Of a stretch of 64,000 nucleotides of DNA, positions 49,119-58,640 are shown one piece after another (the first letter of the stretch is position 1; the number at the start of each line of letters is the position of its first letter). Under the pieces are notes generated by a model, which did not search any database, had not been told where the DNA came from, and saw only the letters and a list, made by a program, of their open reading frames with translations. A program made the translations under genes and the position numbers. Where the stretch lies: assembly GCA_001662655.1 (NCBI GenBank), contig KV460250.1, one strand, 5' to 3'. Source of the stretch: Pseudogymnoascus verrucosus. Its lineage: Eukaryota.

Positions 49119-50213
49119 TTAAAGTTCAATGATATCCGTCATGGCTAGAGGTTGCGACCCATCATTCAGAACCATGACCTCCCGATTACGCCTCCGTAAA
49201 CGACGCTCTTCTGCACTCTGCTCAACTGGCCTCCTCGAGTCTCTAGCGACCGGGACGGTGCCATTATTAGTTGCCGCAAGTACCTCTTCCAGACTATACG
49301 TGATAACATCCCCACTAGGCCCAGTAGTCTGCCAGTACGGCGCGTCAGGGTGGTCACCATAAAGACTGTAGCCCTTCGTAAACCCAATTACATGTACAGA
49401 CTCAGGCCGTTCGATCAGACCCGTCGCGACAAGCTTCTGAACACCTCGCTGTTGCCCAGCTAACTTATGAACGATGTTTGATAGCGGATTGCCCCGTCCC
49501 GCTTCCTCTTGAAGGCGATATAAACAGAGGAAGCTCTTGTGTATCTCCTCGGTCGTGCTTCCCCAATTCTGCCGAGCAAGCCAGTGCTCAATAAAGCCTG
49601 TCTTGGCCAGGTATCGCGCCGATTGATCGCTAATCAGCAGCTCCAGCGTCATCAGCGCCACGTTCTCGGCCGGGTCGCGGAAGTCGAAGTCGTCGAATTC
49701 GCAGTCGTAGAGAGGGTAGTCGATCTCCGTAGCTAAGTTCTTGAGCGCTGCGACAATCGCCTTGATGACGCTGTGGTGGTAGACATCGGCGAGGGAACCT
49801 GTAGTACTACTTAGCAAGGGATTGTCGTTCGGTATGGGGGTTTAATTACTCTCACCACAGATCAGATGAAGAACCCTCAGGGCTTTCTCCCGTCTTTCGG
49901 GGTCCTTGCTCGTAACCTCCCACAGTAAACCACCAATGGTGTCGGTATCGTGGAGAGCCCTGTCAAGAACTATCCGCGACGCGACTCCTTGTATATCCTT
50001 ATTGTGGCTGCTGATGAGCTTCTCGAGCGTGCTGGGCATCAAAGCATCCTCGGTCTTCTGGTCGATGTACTGTGTCTTTGGCGCTGGCTGTTCAATTTCG
50101 GAAGCGTCACGGAAGGCAATGAGCATGTATCGCATGAGCCCCAGGGCTGCAACGACGGACACGCCCAGTCCTATAACCAGGATTCGGGTCTCGCCCGAGA
50201 TCTGGGACGCCAT
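49119..50213 (-). CDS. Fungal hypothetical protein with N-terminal TM segment (1 intron near 49795-49853)
   Basis: Two ORF blocks separated by an intron. C-terminal EERRLRRRNREVMVLNDG motif. Confidence 0.75.
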
Positions 50214-50478
50214 GTTGAAGTGACTACATGCGCTATTGTTGGTAGGTAGTGAAGACTCGTGAGGACTTCAGTGATCGATGAGTGAGGCACTGTTCTATTG
50301 AATAGGGAAGGCAAGGCTGACGACAATTACATGGCAACGACGGGTTCTGCCGCCCTCACCGCCCCGATAAGTGCTGGGTTCAACTGGATGGAGCACTAGC
50401 GAAAACTCGCTTGCAACCGGGCGCCAGTTTGTCATACAAATATTGAAATTGTCTGGCTAATTTAAACAAACAAGACAA

Positions 50479-50653
50479 ACTCCAGTGACGCGTTAGTACC
50501 CCAACTGCCCACTGCCTTCAGCTTACTGAATGCTAACGTTTGTTTCCACAGAGTGGTTAGCGTGTCGTTCTTATATTCTGCGGCGCAAGCTGCCTAATAT
50601 GATCTTTCTTCGTAGAGATGCGAAAGTCGTGGGTTCGACACCCACCTGGAGTA
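50479..50653 (+). tRNA. tRNA-Ile(UAU) in three exons (50479-50491, 50552-50575, 50618-50653) with a spliceosomal-type D-arm intron and a canonical 37/38 intron
   Basis: Joined exons give acceptor stem ACTCCAG/CTGGAGT, D stem ACGC/GCGT, D loop AGTGGTTA, anticodon TAT at 50572-50574, T arm GTGGG-TTCGACA-CCCAC and discriminator A. Poly-T terminator at 50673-50689. Confidence 0.9.
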
Positions 50654-51189
50654 TATCTTCAGATTACACCTATTTTTTTTTTTTTTTTTGCCTTTTATAT
50701 CTCACTCCACTATCTTTTAATACAACCTGTTACTAAATGTTAGTACACAGGAACGACATACCTGTGAGGTTCATGGCTTGACTTTTGTGTCCGCATATAT
50801 CGCGTATCCTCGTCGCTCTTTGCCATGCCAACGTAGATATGACAAAAAATGCTGAAAGAGAGGGAAAGCGACGATTTTACAGAAACTTCTCCCCCCCCCA
50901 AGACACGCAGCTCCACCTAGCTAGTAGGGATGTTATGCAAGCTCCACCGTAATTTTGATGCGGTGTGCTCCAGCTTTTAGCCTCCTTCCAGCGGCTGATG
51001 CGCTTGTTACTCTCTCAGTATGCCCATGCAGTATCACGATATTTCGTATCACGACAGGCAAAGTGAACTTCACAGTTTTTTACTTTCACAAGTCTCTGGT
51101 ATTCCCTTGCTATCCAATTCCGTTCCAGAAGTAGGGTATCTACAGAAACCGCCCACCAAACACCACGCGCCTTCCCCCCCATTCCGTGC

Positions 51190-54100
51190 TCACTTCTTCG
51201 ATTTCTTCCTGTTCTCCTTCTCCCTCTCGTACTGCTTAGACTCTCTCCCCTCCTCGCCCTGAATCTCCGCAATAAGTCTCTTGTACTTCTTCTCATACGC
51301 GGCATCACGCTCCTTCTTCTCCTTAAGACTCTCGCGAGCGATGAAGTTCGCGTCCTTGCGGAGCTCGCGCATGGCGCCCTTGCGCTCGCGCTTGTGCTCA
51401 GCCTTGAGCTTGGAGGACTCAGCGCGCTCACGGTCAGGATCGTAGTGCTTGTCGGGGTTGAAGGACTCCTCGAACTTAGGTATCGAGGTCTTGATGGCGA
51501 GGGGTTTGTGGTGGTGGAGCTCGAGTGGGCGGCGTGAGAGGCGCGCTTGGTTGAGCAGCACGGTGAGCTTGGTCGATGTTCTCGTCACGCAAGCCTGGGA
51601 ACACGTTAGTGAGGCCCCTCGTAATTATGTATTACAACATGGTTTTTTTTAGTAGAAATGTTTGCATCACGATGGCTGCGCGTCCGGGAAGAAGTACGGA
51701 TTTGCGGCACACCGGCCCATTGGGCGCTGCTGCTTGGTCACCCTCAACGAGCCCCAAACCCTTGCGGGTAAGGGTCTCAAGTATCGAGTGGCAAGCTCAA
51801 TATAAGCACATCTTCGGCGCAACAACAGTCATAAGAAGGACCGAATTGTAATTTGACATCCGTGCTGATTATAAAGAAAAAGACAAATTGAAAAGAAAGG
51901 GATAAGAAAAATATTTGAACATACAGTAGTGCTGCGTGGGAGATGTTCACGGCATGCCTTGCTTCCCAGGTGTTTGAGAACCTTCAGCGCAGGGGAGAAG
52001 GTCTCTGGGAACCCAGACTTTTCAGCCCAGACATCTGCCGCTGCATCGAAAAGCTTGATGCTTGTTTCCAACAAGGCGGCCTTAAGTTGGCTTTCATTCT
52101 CGGGTGAGAGATCTTGGATTGAGCAGTCCATTAAAGTTAACATCCTTGTCTTCTGTTCTGGAAGAGCGTTGAGACGAGAGTCGAATTTTGGCTCGTGGTA
52201 AGGGAAGTTGGCTGGAACATCGGCCATCTTTGTAGGTGCAAGGGCACACAATGTGTTTAAGAGGAAGGCGCCGACTTCGGGGACGTATCGCTTCGAGAAG
52301 CTTTGATACTGGATCGCTAGTGTAGCTAGATATATGCCAGTGGCATAATCCGAAAGATTCTGAGGAATCTTTTGGCCGAGGAAGCGGCCAATGCTCAACA
52401 TAGCTGGAGTAACTGCTTGGTGGAAATGATCCGAAGTAGGGAAGATGGTGCTGATGGCAGTGAGAAGCACCAAATCTCCACGGGTTGGTGCCAGAGCACG
52501 GGTTTCGTGGAGTTCTCCCAGATGCTTGCGGAAAGCATTTGCAGTGCCGATGGGGTAGGTCTTTGCCAATGAATGGATGTGTCGAACAACTTGCTCCAGG
52601 ACATCAAATGGTGGGAGTTCCGGTTGGTTCGCAAGGTATGATACATGATCAACTAGAGCAACCGTAAACTTGGCGAGCTTGCCCTTGTTCTCGGCCTTCA
52701 GCTGCGGATGATAAAGAGCTCTTATCCTCCTTACTACCGTAGGTAGATCTTGGATGTCGGTTGATTCGGTAATTTCGAGTAGCGAAGAGTGATCCTCTGG
52801 GCATGGAAACGTATAGGCAAGGTTTCCACTGACCCCATTGTTCGTTGGGAGGTCCCTGTCAGGAAGCGGTGCATTCGCTCCTGTTAAAAATTCGGGCCTT
52901 TTCGCCTCCTCAGTTGTAAGAAGACCATCCAGGAAATCATCCGCCGGCTCGTCCTCTCCGTCATCTCCGTTTTCAGAAGCACTTTCATCTTCGGAGATAT
53001 CGGCATCGGAGCCACTCGCTATTAAATCATCATCAAGAACGAAATCATCCTCATCTTCCACCCCTAACTCTTCATTAGTTGGCCGGCTGGGCTTGCCTTG
53101 AATGCCAGCACCCAAGCCAAATTCATCAACATGCTCGTCATAAACATCTTCATCCCCTTCAGGAGCTTGCGCATTCGGCTTGGGTTCCTCCTCTTCTTCC
53201 TCTTCTCCTTCCATGCGACGCAACCTCCTCTTCTCCATATCCTGGAGTTTTCTAGCTTCGTCTGCAAGCCTTTCCTCGTCCGTCTTTGAGCGCTCTGTTG
53301 GTACAGACTTCTTGTCTTGAGCCAACTGGCGCAGGCGAAGATCGTACTCTTTATCGAACTTAATCTTATCCGTGCCATTCAGTAACGCTGCCCTATCTGG
53401 GTTCATTCCAGCGACCTCGGCCGGCCTTGGTGCAGGCGGACGTCGGACTCCTCTTAACAAGGCCTGGATCTCAGCCATATCTTTGTCCAGCTCTTCTCGG
53501 ATATCTTCATCGTCATCCTTTCCTTGCTGGCGTTCATATTTGTGGAGTTTGGACTTGGCAATAAGTTCCTTCATAACTTCTTGCTTGGACTTTTTACGTT
53601 CCGGTAGGTCCTCGGCATCTTCGTCCTCTGAAGCGCCAGCGTCTGAGCCACGCCGCCTCTTCAACGTTTGGCGTTCTTCGTCCGATGGATGATCTTCGGC
53701 GTCAGACAACTCCAAGTCGTCTTCCTCAAAGTCATCTGCGAAGTCGGGTCCATCGAGAGATAGAGATTTCCCCATATGGGTAAGGCCAAGTCCATCTCCG
53801 TAATCATCATCTTCCAAATCAAACGCGGAGCTGTTCTTGTGTCGGCTTTGGATTTCTTGTGTGAAACGCTCCAGCATCTTATCCTCAGGTGCCATAGAAG
53901 GATCATTCTCTCCGAAACGTCGATCCATGATTCCTCCTACTTTATTACGGCGTTGCATCTCGACAAGAAGAGTTTTCCGACGGTTTTCTTCGCCCAATCC
54001 CTTCGTCACACCAGGTCGGTTCTTTACACTCTTGGATCCCGATGCGCCGCCGACAGTCCTTGAGTTTGTAACTTCAAACTTAGGACCCCTTGCGTTCGTT

Positions 54101-54282
54101 TTAATTTCGAAGGGATTGAATTGCTCACGGATGCCAGCAAGAGCGGCGGTCCGATTGACCCTCTTATCCTTATTCGTGCCATTTTGAGCATTTTTCTTCT
54201 TTTGGCTTTTTGATTGCTGAGGTCCCACAATACCCTGCTCTCGGAGAGAAGCCTTAAGCCTCTTCAGCTGTGAAGGAGGCAT
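51190..54282 (-). CDS. NOP14: Nucleolar protein Nop14 (intron 51595-51924)
   Basis: Motifs MPPSQLKRLK, NPFE, DRRFGE, LTHMG, KKSKQEVMKELIAKSK, FPTSDHFH, ERKGAMRELRKD. Confidence 0.95.
51656..51866 (-). ncRNA. Probable intron-encoded box H/ACA snoRNA
   Basis: Lies in an unusually long 330-nt intron. 5' hairpin closed by AGCAC/GTGCT, then an H-like hinge (ATATTGA), then a 3' domain closed by TTGC-CAC/GTG-GCAA, followed directly by ACA-TTT. Confidence 0.6.
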
Positions 54283-54692
54283 TGTTGTGGTGGGTGGTGA
54301 TTTGCCAGTCAGACACAGAATAAAAAAATGCTCAGAAATCTTTATCGGCGATTTTATCAACTTTAGCGCGTGCAGGGGTAGCTCCAGCCTCGCGACCAAC
54401 GGAAGGAACAACTCTCGACTATCAGCCTCGCGATAACCCAAGGTGCAAATAATTAAATCCGCAACACATCAACTGCAATAAGTTTGAATAAATCGCCAAT
54501 ACGTGCGTCAGGTAATTCTAGCTTTGGCGCTATTTTCTTTGGCGTGGTATTGAATTGCGCCTCCTGCCTATTCAAGCAGAAGGAATGAGCGATACTCCAG
54601 CCTCGTAACCAGCCCAGACTTTACGAACCTTACGTCTTGACACCAAACGTCTTCAAACAAGCATTTGCTGCGTTTACCATCCGCGGTACAGA

Positions 54693-55685
54693 ATGGCAAC
54701 CTCAAAGTCTCCTGATGCGGCTCCCCAAAGCCCTGAGGATGAGGAGGATGACTACATGTCTATGACCATCGCAGAGCCCACAGGCCCCAAAGTCAAAGAA
54801 ACATACACGCAACGCCGCCACCGCCTGCAACGCGAAGCAGAAGCACGCGCATACACCAAACCCAAAGCTGAGCGTGAAGCTGATGAAGCTGCCGCCCGAG
54901 AAGATGCCCTTCAGAGATCGCTATTATCTCATCCGACGACACAGAAGTCCAAGGGTCTGGCTATGATGTCAAAAATGGGATTCACGCCCGGAAAGGCGCT
55001 GGGCAAGGGAGACAACGCTGATGCGCGGACTGAACCGGTGGGTATCAGTATTAAGGAGGATAGGGGTGGAATAGGCATGGACAACGAGAAGAAGCGCCGG
55101 TTTAGGGAAGAAGTCGAGAAGGAGGGGAAGAGAGTGAAGGCTGACGAAGGGGAGTATCGAGAGAGGGTTAGGCGCGAACGCGAGGAAGGTCGTTTGGAAG
55201 GTTTAATTGGTACTGCGATGAGAGTTGCGGAGCGAATGGCTAGTGAGAAAGAGGAGGAATTGAGCACAGATGGGGGTGGCGACGTGCCGCCGAAGAAGGG
55301 TGCTCAGAGATCAAAACCGCTTAAAACTGTTAACATCCTTTGGAGAGGCCTGGTGAGGAAAAGGGAGGAAGCAGAAAGGGATAGGAGGATGAGATATGAC
55401 TTGCATCAGAGTCTGTCCAGGCTGCCGACCTACGATGATGAGGATGAGGATAAAGATGATAAGAAGGCTCTGGGAAAGACTCCTATACAGTATGCCTTGG
55501 TCGAAGATCTGGAAGAAGAAGATCCAGAATTGGAAGAGTTCAATGCCTTGGAGCCAGCAGAGAGGTTACAGAAAATTGTCAACTATCTGAGAGAAGAGTA
55601 TAACTACTGCTTCTGGTGCAAATACACATATCCCGACAAGGACATGGAGGGATGTCCAGGGTTGACGGAGGAAGATCATGATTGA
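54693..55685 (+). CDS. G-patch + DUF4187 protein (GPATCH11-like)
   Basis: DDYMSM, KGLAMMSKMGFTPGKALG...GIG, YLREEYNYCFWC...CPGLTEEDHD. Confidence 0.92.
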   Translation: MATSKSPDAAPQSPEDEEDDYMSMTIAEPTGPKVKETYTQRRHRLQREAEARAYTKPKAEREADEAAAREDALQRSLLSHPTTQKSKGLAMMSKMGFTPGKALGKGDNADARTEPVGISIKEDRGGIGMDNEKKRRFREEVEKEGKRVKADEGEYRERVRREREEGRLEGLIGTAMRVAERMASEKEEELSTDGGGDVPPKKGAQRSKPLKTVNILWRGLVRKREEAERDRRMRYDLHQSLSRLPTYDDEDEDKDDKKALGKTPIQYALVEDLEEEDPELEEFNALEPAERLQKIVNYLREEYNYCFWCKYTYPDKDMEGCPGLTEEDHD

Positions 55686-55873
55686 TGAACAGAAGATACC
55701 ATAGACACATCGAATACGCTATAATACTACATATGCATTAACAAATTCCAATGCCTACGTGAGATCTTATCCATTTAACAATTATAAAAAGGCTTTTAGG
55801 TATGGTTGAGAATTAAGGTGGGTATCATTGCTCAATATATGTTTACATATGTCCTATCTTACAAAATTACATC

Positions 55874-58480
55874 TTAAGAGGCCCAAGGTAGATTCTCGGG
55901 CACCCCCATCTCATGGGCTGCAGATCGTGCCAGATAATCGACACCTCCTACTCCAGCTTCCATGCGCAATTCCGAGGCTTCTGATGCCATCCTTACTTCC
56001 GCCGTAGAGCGTAGCAAAAGGCACAGTAGTTTCAGCGACTCTTCCGACTTATCCTCTATGCTCATGCCTTCAACATCAACGCCTTGATCCTCAAGCTGCT
56101 TGGTCCTGTCGTCCTTCAAGGTCTTCAGTACCTTCCCGACGTCACTAATTCTGCGCTGCGTATCTTTATTCAGATTCAGTCTGCGTGGCCTGTAGCCTGC
56201 AACATTCTTCACGCCGGCCTTTGCAATCTGTAGGACTATGCTTCGAACCGTCGCTTCATTCGGATACATTCCATACAGTCTCTGCATTGCCCTGAGTGCC
56301 ACGGCTGTCCCGATTTGGTCATCTGCTAGTCCAAAACAGAGAATAATCTGGTCGTACATTTCCCTTGCCAACTTTTCGTTTTTCCAGGTCGACGATTTGT
56401 TCATCTCAGCAAACAAGAATCTAGGTGACGGGTAACCAGCTTTCGAACGGTTGATTAACGGATCCACATGATCCTTCATGCTCTTCCACAGAAGAGCGAA
56501 AGTGTACTGGCTCGGCACTACTCTCTCTTGCTCCACAAAACGGACATAAAGACTCCAAACCCACGGGCGATGGTGCATAGCCGAACCAAGCTCCAGAAGG
56601 CTGTTGAGGAAGGCGGTATTAGGCTTAATCTCTGTTGCCTTGATCGCACCAAGAAGCTCCTGGACACGGTCTTTTTGACCGAGTTGCTGGTAGTGATGAA
56701 TGAGAACGGAAAAGGTTTCCAATGACGCTTGAGCTGAGACAGCAATGGATGATGGACGAATAAAGTCGTCCTTGGAAGTCTGGTCGAATCTGGCTCGCAC
56801 TGGGCCTTCCAAGGTGGATGTATAACGGTGCGACCTGTAGCGAACAAATTCGAGTCGTGCCGCAATCATTTTCCAAGCCATGGTGGTGCCTTTCTTTTGG
56901 TTCTCAGCGCTTCCAGTCCGGAACCATGCACCGATTATTCCGTTCAAATAGGTGGCATCTGGCCTTATATCGCGCTGCGACATCAGTTCAACGACTTGAG
57001 AGGCCCAATCGATTTCATCGTCCCCAACGAGTTTCTTTATCCAGCTACCAAAGAAGAACTTATTACGAAATTTTGGCGGCAAGACCGTGAGAGGATTGCT
57101 CCGAGTCCAGCTCGTCTCCTCGGGGCCGAGCTGGAAAGACTCCAAGGGCCGTGTACCTTTCAATCCCACAAATCGCGGGTATAGAGCTAGAGAATCATAG
57201 CTCTTGGCCACTGGGTCGTCAGTTAACATCATATCTCTGAACACAGCCAATGCTAGATCAGTTCTATTTGAAGTTAAGAAAATACCCGCTACGGCATCGT
57301 AATCCTGCATCTCCATGCTGCTTCCCATCCAAAACTTCAGCCGGACATACAATGCCCATGCCATCTGAATAGCAGAACTGTCAGGATATTCAGACCATGT
57401 TCGGATGAGAGGGATGAGGGCCCTGCTTTCTTTCACCGCTTTCAGGTCATTCAACAGGACATCTGCTGCCTCCTGCGCTCGAGCTGGTTGCTTGGATTTG
57501 GCTAGCATGACAACGCCCAATGCCCAATATTGGATCGCAGTCGCTTCAACAAGCGTTAATGACGACCGAACCGATTCCCATCTCGCCAGTGCATCCTTTT
57601 GATTTCCCTCGACGAATAATGCCTCGATATAGAGCAATGTCTGCTCTGGTTTGAGGGGCCTGTTGGCAGCCTCCATGTCGTTTCCCAACTGTATGACATG
57701 TGGCATTCGATCGGGGTTATCTAAAGCTTCAACAGATAACTCTTTCCAAAGCAATTGCCAGGTGCTCATGGGAACCTCCCCCCATGCAGCACAAAGCGTC
57801 TTTCTGCTGAGTGAATACCACCTCCATAATTCTTTTCGGTTCTTCAACGGCGCCGCAGAGGCTTTTTCAAGGGCCTCGTTCAGACGGGATATGTAGGCCT
57901 GCCCTTCTCTTGGGAATGAGTGCCGCGGTATTGAAACGTCGACGTCTTCAACTTCTATGGGTTCTATGGCTGCAGCTTGTCGTTTCTGCTTGGCCCGGAC
58001 CGGTTTGGCAATTCGTGTGCTAGGGCTGTCGATGGTTGCTGAACTTTCGATAGCTGGCGCTTTTAACTCTACTCCCAAGTCTTTTCCGAGCGCCCGGCGT
58101 AGAGATTCGACAAATTTCAGTTTCTCCTCCAACGTTCCCTCATGGGAACCCTCCACGGTCTCCGATAGCCTGGCGAGTTCATCTTCGTGGTCTTTTTGTT
58201 TCAAATCTAGCCCCTCAAGGATGTGGTCGTCTTCTCGAATATCAAGTGGCGCAAGTCGTCCATGTTCGTCCTGCTCGAATTGGCGAAAACTAACGGCCTC
58301 TTTGTTCAACCTGGGTTCAAGTTTCGGGGTAATTGGTGTCTTCTGAGGGGGGTTGTTGCGTCTCGATGAGATAGTTCGAACCGATGAGGGAAAGTACCGT
58401 GGGTGCTGTAGTTTTGTTATACACGATGGGCAAACATATCCCCTGCCTAATGCAGAGATGGGTGGTCTTAATGGTGGCAT
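55874..58480 (-). CDS. Mitochondrial pentatricopeptide-repeat (PPR-like) protein
   Basis: Basic presequence with YVCPSC and helical repeats (e.g. RPDATYLNGII, KPNTAFLNSLL). An alternative upstream ATG lies at 58528. Confidence 0.8.
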   Translation of the reverse strand: MPPLRPPISALGRGYVCPSCITKLQHPRYFPSSVRTISSRRNNPPQKTPITPKLEPRLNKEAVSFRQFEQDEHGRLAPLDIREDDHILEGLDLKQKDHEDELARLSETVEGSHEGTLEEKLKFVESLRRALGKDLGVELKAPAIESSATIDSPSTRIAKPVRAKQKRQAAAIEPIEVEDVDVSIPRHSFPREGQAYISRLNEALEKASAAPLKNRKELWRWYSLSRKTLCAAWGEVPMSTWQLLWKELSVEALDNPDRMPHVIQLGNDMEAANRPLKPEQTLLYIEALFVEGNQKDALARWESVRSSLTLVEATAIQYWALGVVMLAKSKQPARAQEAADVLLNDLKAVKESRALIPLIRTWSEYPDSSAIQMAWALYVRLKFWMGSSMEMQDYDAVAGIFLTSNRTDLALAVFRDMMLTDDPVAKSYDSLALYPRFVGLKGTRPLESFQLGPEETSWTRSNPLTVLPPKFRNKFFFGSWIKKLVGDDEIDWASQVVELMSQRDIRPDATYLNGIIGAWFRTGSAENQKKGTTMAWKMIAARLEFVRYRSHRYTSTLEGPVRARFDQTSKDDFIRPSSIAVSAQASLETFSVLIHHYQQLGQKDRVQELLGAIKATEIKPNTAFLNSLLELGSAMHHRPWVWSLYVRFVEQERVVPSQYTFALLWKSMKDHVDPLINRSKAGYPSPRFLFAEMNKSSTWKNEKLAREMYDQIILCFGLADDQIGTAVALRAMQRLYGMYPNEATVRSIVLQIAKAGVKNVAGYRPRRLNLNKDTQRRISDVGKVLKTLKDDRTKQLEDQGVDVEGMSIEDKSEESLKLLCLLLRSTAEVRMASEASELRMEAGVGGVDYLARSAAHEMGVPENLPWAS

Positions 58481-58640
58481 AAGTCGTGCTGTTTGTGTTT
58501 TGTCGTCGCAAAATCTGGACGGGTTCATCTATAATTATTTTAGGAGCACTGGCCACCGGCCACTGGAACGCGACCCAGCATTTATCTTAGCGGAACGCGC
58601 GCGTTCCCCGTGATCCATCCCATAGACAACCACATATGAA

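Noticed and set aside
50541..50653. Reading the tRNA as an ordinary gene starting just before the D loop
   Set aside because: The sequence there (TGTTTCCACAG) cannot form both the acceptor and D stems; only the exon at 50479-50491 does.
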